Of a stretch of DNA of 64,000 nt, positions 60,034-64,000 are shown in pieces (the stretch's first letter is position 1; every line of letters begins with the position of its first letter). The notes beneath the pieces were generated by a model, which saw nothing but the letters and a program-made list of their open reading frames with translations, was not told the DNA's origin and made no database searches. The position numbers and the translations under genes are program-made. This stretch comes from Amphiscolops sp. MND2022 (taxonomy: Eukaryota): contig OZ076409.1 in NCBI GenBank assembly GCA_964187785.1, positions 62,994,001 to 63,058,000 on the forward strand. The letters are read 5' to 3'.

Positions 60034-60123
60034 GTCTTTTCCGGTCTTTCAACGCCAAAGCGTTCTCAGTCGATCAATCTCTTCACGAGTTCCAATTCAA
60101 TCACGATAGAAATCAGAAATCCA

Positions 60124-60141
60124 GCCCACCCAGGGGCGCCA
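60124..60141 (-). promoter_or_regulatory. PBS of element 2, complementary to tRNA-Asn (TGGCGCCCCTGGGTGGGC)
   Basis: Complement GCCCACCCAGGGGCGCCA matches the recalled 3' end of metazoan tRNA-Asn(GUU) (GCCCACCCAGGGACGCCA) at 17/18; starts 1 nt after the LTR. Confidence 0.88.
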
Positions 60142-60142
60142 C

Positions 60143-61928
60143 TGTAAGAAAATTTAGCTACAAGGGTTGGAGAGAAAACCCAAGGGCTCAACTCTTAACA
60201 GAAAGGTTTTTTGTTTTAGGTAAGGCTTCTGCGTCGATTACTAGCGCGACTACTTTTCTCTCCAAATTGCTCTTCGGCTCTAATTATCCCAAAAAAAGGT
60301 CGACTGATGAGATGATACAATTACTTCTATACAGCAAAGTTAACACTATCACAGCAAAGGTAACACTAAAAAATTCGCAACCGCCAAACTGAATAATCTC
60401 TATCTCTTTGAATAGGAGAACAACCCGCGATTCAGCCAGTTACGTTAGGCGAGTCCAATCTTGTTAAAGCTCCGACTTCAACAAAGTCACAAGTCCCGGA
60501 CATGTCAGTAAATCTTCTTTAGGCTATCGACAACAAGATCTTCTAGAAGTGTCTCTTGTCTCCGCGAGACTCAACTTTTTTCTAGCTCTCTAACTCGGTT
60601 GTGTCTCTTCGATTCTGTTCTAATTCCGCCTCTTTATATTTATTTATCGCGCGTGTTTCTGGTGATCGGATCTTAACATTCTATCATACGTGAAATTTCC
60701 ATTACATACAGGGCGTCGGCATTTTGAGTTTGCATGTGTTTACCTTCATGTTTATCCATTCCTTTTATGGTAAGGCGAACACCACCGGTTATACTTCAGC
60801 TAAACATTCTTTGCCGCCAACGACAAGTAATTCACATCTTGTCCAAAGTTCACATTTCAATAATAATTCAAGTTACCCGAGATTATTTTAACATCGAAGA
60901 AATTGTTCAATGACCTTCAATTACATGTTTTATATGTTCTTTACGTGTAAGGGGTACTTTTCTATCATCCTAGGTGCAATACATCGCGAATCGTTCCGCC
61001 TGACTGAAATGCATAAATTATCGCTTAAAGACGCTGATTTACATATTTTATTGTACGTTTTTCCATAGCATTCGGGGATACATCTAAAATGATCTTGGGG
61101 TCCGTCCGTGACCTTGATGTTATTTGTCCTCATCTAAGTTTGCTATATGCCAAGTTATACCGTCCTAGGGTCAAGGGTCTTCGAGTTACATGATATGCGT
61201 ATCGTTTGTTTACTTAAGACGGTCACCCCCGCATGGGTTATATATACGGTTTCCTTCACGTTAGTAATCAACTACATTCATCATTCCGGTTCGTTTGAGA
61301 TATTACAAGCCAAGATCAAATGTCATTTATCGGTCGGGCCCGCACGTCTGGTCCCGCGTGCCTTAAACAAACATTACTCCGCCCGTGGTAGACCGATTGA
61401 TGTATCTTTCATGTATTTTACTTAGGGTCGCTATGTGAATATTGGGTAAGTTCCATGATAATCGGGCCATCCGGTGGCTATTTACATAACATTCGGCGTT
61501 TATTTACTTAGGGTCCGTGCACCTCCTACACGCGTCATAGGGTTCCGAAAACATGCGCAAACGGCCTACTTTCACATGGGCTATAAATTCCATATATAAT
61601 ACGACTTATTCCGTGCTTGTCCGACGAGTTCGTAGGGGGTCGACCTAGGTCACTTCCGGTGCTAATAGCTCGGGACTGGGGGGAGGTACGAGGTCGGGTA
61701 CTCCGAGTCGAAAGTTGAGTTAACACCTCTAGTTTATGCATGCCAAATTTCAGCTTGATCGGACAAGTCCTTCCCAAAAAGGGGGGGTGGCCCTTTTTCC
61801 CTCAGATCTCTGTTTCCGTCCAAAGAAAAACTTAGTAAAATTCGCTCGAAGCAGTCGATTCTAACTTAGCTAATTCGAACAACATAGATAGGCTTTTTCT
61901 ACAGTCACCAAAATCTAAAAATTCCACA
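60143..61928 (-). repeat. 5' LTR of element 2 (1786 bp)
   Basis: Direct repeat of 55040-56808 with scattered substitutions and small indels. Confidence 0.95.
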
Positions 61929-64000
61929 CTTCCCAGTCAGACACTCGCGGTAATCACAAGCATAGTAGAATGTGCTTTCCAACTTTGGCCTGTAGGTTCA
62001 AGAAAAATTTGTTGAAAAAGTTTTTTTAATTGTTCTAATATAAGATATTTCGGTTTCTTATGAAAACGAAAAAAAAACGAAAATAGTTACTACTGTCAGA
62101 GTTATCTGACGTTCGAATTGAAAAAAAGTGCTCGAGCAAAACTTTTCTCTGTTTTCATTCAAACAGAAAGATGTTTTTTTCTTAATTCAAAATTTTAGTG
62201 TTTCGTAAGCACTTCTCGAAGTTAAACGAAACCTACGAAATGTTGAGAGAATCGTGATAGGTTACATGAGAGTTTGAATATTCGTATTAGAAACTTAAAA
62301 TTGTTCGCAAATCACGACAAATAATTTTCGATGACCATTTTCGTGTCTCCGTGTTTCTGAGTGAAAAACGACAGAAAGTTTGATTTTTAATTCGCTCTTC
62401 ACCTGTAGGCATATACAGAGTCGAGGTATCCAATTTTTGGAAGAATCTAGTTTTTTCTCGACGTGTTTTTCCCCCGAGACCTTCGGGTGTATATGAATTT
62501 TGTTTTTTGGCACTGTGCAACTTTTTTCGGAAAAAAAATTTTCTTGAAAGTAATCCGCCTTTTTGGGTTCTTTGATGTCTTGAATTAAGTAAAAGCGTTT
62601 TTCGGGCCTAAATACCCCGCTCTGATTATTGTCCTCACCGTGAGATTTTCTAGAACTTTATCAAAAGCACCCCTGAGCATATTAAAAGACTTAGTTCTCG
62701 TTTTTTCCTCTCGAACAGCAAAACATCCGTGGTCATTTAGAATTCTTCGAGTGAAAAATTAGGTTATTTTTCATCGCTTGGATCAACGGGGGACAGTTAA
62801 AACTGCGAGGCATGCCGCTGAACCTTCAAAAAAGCCGCATAAAGGCGGTTCTAAAATGCTTGCAGTTGTCTAGACATACTGCGTCATATAAACATTAATA
62901 TCCTCATTTGACTGGCTTTTCTTGTTTTTTGAAACATCTAGAAGCTTGATACCCGTTGCTTTAACCTTGGGTATGACATGATGAAGCCTTCCTTGTTGGG
63001 CGCTGCATATTATACATCCCAGGAGAGTTCGAACACATTGATTAATGATTATTCTGTATTGATATTTATAGTCAATCAATTTATTTTTCAAAATTTGAGT
63101 TTGAATTTGAATTCATTATGGTTATTGTTTAACAACACGAAACACTTCACCAAAAGAAAATGTAAAGGAGAATCAACTTCAACTTGATATAACTTATTTG
63201 TAATATTTCAAAAGTTCGATAGGTGGAATCAACCACAAGTAGTAGTTTTATTGTACGCTAGTCAAATAGTTCTTTGCTGTAAGGTTGCGGTTCTGACAAG
63301 TTGCAATTGCGTGAATTGATGGAATGCTTGTTTTCAAAATCCATTGATTCAATCATTACCCTGGTCGAAGTTGCCGCGAAGTTTTACATGCACCTTCAAA
63401 AAATGCCGGCTAATTTTTTATAAAACATGGAAAATTCAGGGACCATGCCTGGAAAAATTTTGTAAAATTAACAGGTAACTTGTAAAATTTTTGTAAAATT
63501 ACCAGGCAACTTGGAAAATGCTGGCAGCATTTCAAGGTGTTTTTAAAAAATTTCCCTGCAACCTATAAAACAATTTTTAAAAAAATCCATGTAGTTTTAC
63601 TCAAAAAACTCGACAAAAAACTCTGAAAACGACCTTTCATTTTGAACTCAATTCTCATTCTGACGAAGTCTAATTTCTTCATTTCTAATGTTCTTGTAAA
63701 AAAATCAATAAGAATAAAACTGAATTAAATTCAATCAAAATATACAAAATTGAGTCACAATATACAAAATTATTGGCTCTTTTCTGTCCCAATCTTTTTT
63801 CAATTCAGATGATTCACCCAACACGTCATCACGCACATCAGCCACTCCACAAAAACATCAAATTGACAGGGTCTGAAACAAAAACATACAATCAATACTC
63901 TCTGGATCTCAGGAAAAAAACTCCAGGGCACATTTTATCGAACGAAAAATTGTTCTCGAACTTCGAAATGTCCTGAAGGCATTTCATTCAATTAATTCGG

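Larger units (their letters stand above)
55040..61928 (-). mobile_element. Internally deleted Ty3/gypsy-like LTR element (element 2): gag, protease, macrodomain; no RT, RNase H or integrase
   Basis: About 1.77-1.79-kb direct repeats with TGT...ACA ends; imperfect 5-bp TSD tttcc (55035-55039) / cttcc (61929-61933); PBS and PPT; internal region only about 3.3 kb. Confidence 0.92.

Overview
AT-rich, repeat-dense eukaryotic (probably invertebrate animal) DNA. The main feature is a young, full-length 17,991-bp Ty3/gypsy (Metaviridae-like) endogenous retrovirus-like element on the minus strand (29055-47045). It has near-identical 1.63-kb LTRs, a 4-bp GTAC target-site duplication (TSD), a primer-binding site (PBS) and a polypurine tract (PPT), and gag is joined to pol by a U-UUA-AAC -1 frameshift. 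It is organised like a complex retrovirus: a TARG1/OARD1-like macrodomain between protease and RT; four small ORFs that appear to be mutual paralogs, chained by stop/start overlaps; an antisense ORF; three tandem copies of a 97-nt pseudoknotted RNA motif with a compensatory base change; a chuvirus-glycoprotein-like env; an ATG-less ORF that splices in frame to the env N-terminus; and a captured PAM2 + coiled-coil + TRAF/MATH gene. A second, older LTR element (55040-61928, tRNA-Asn PBS) has lost RT, RNase H and integrase but keeps gag, protease and a well-conserved TARG1-like macrodomain. One host phase 1-1 fibronectin type III exon lies at 53668-53964 (+). The rest is MITE-like elements, palindromes, a dispersed repeat family and decayed retroelement remains. 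Domain calls come from recalled motif similarity; no searches were run.
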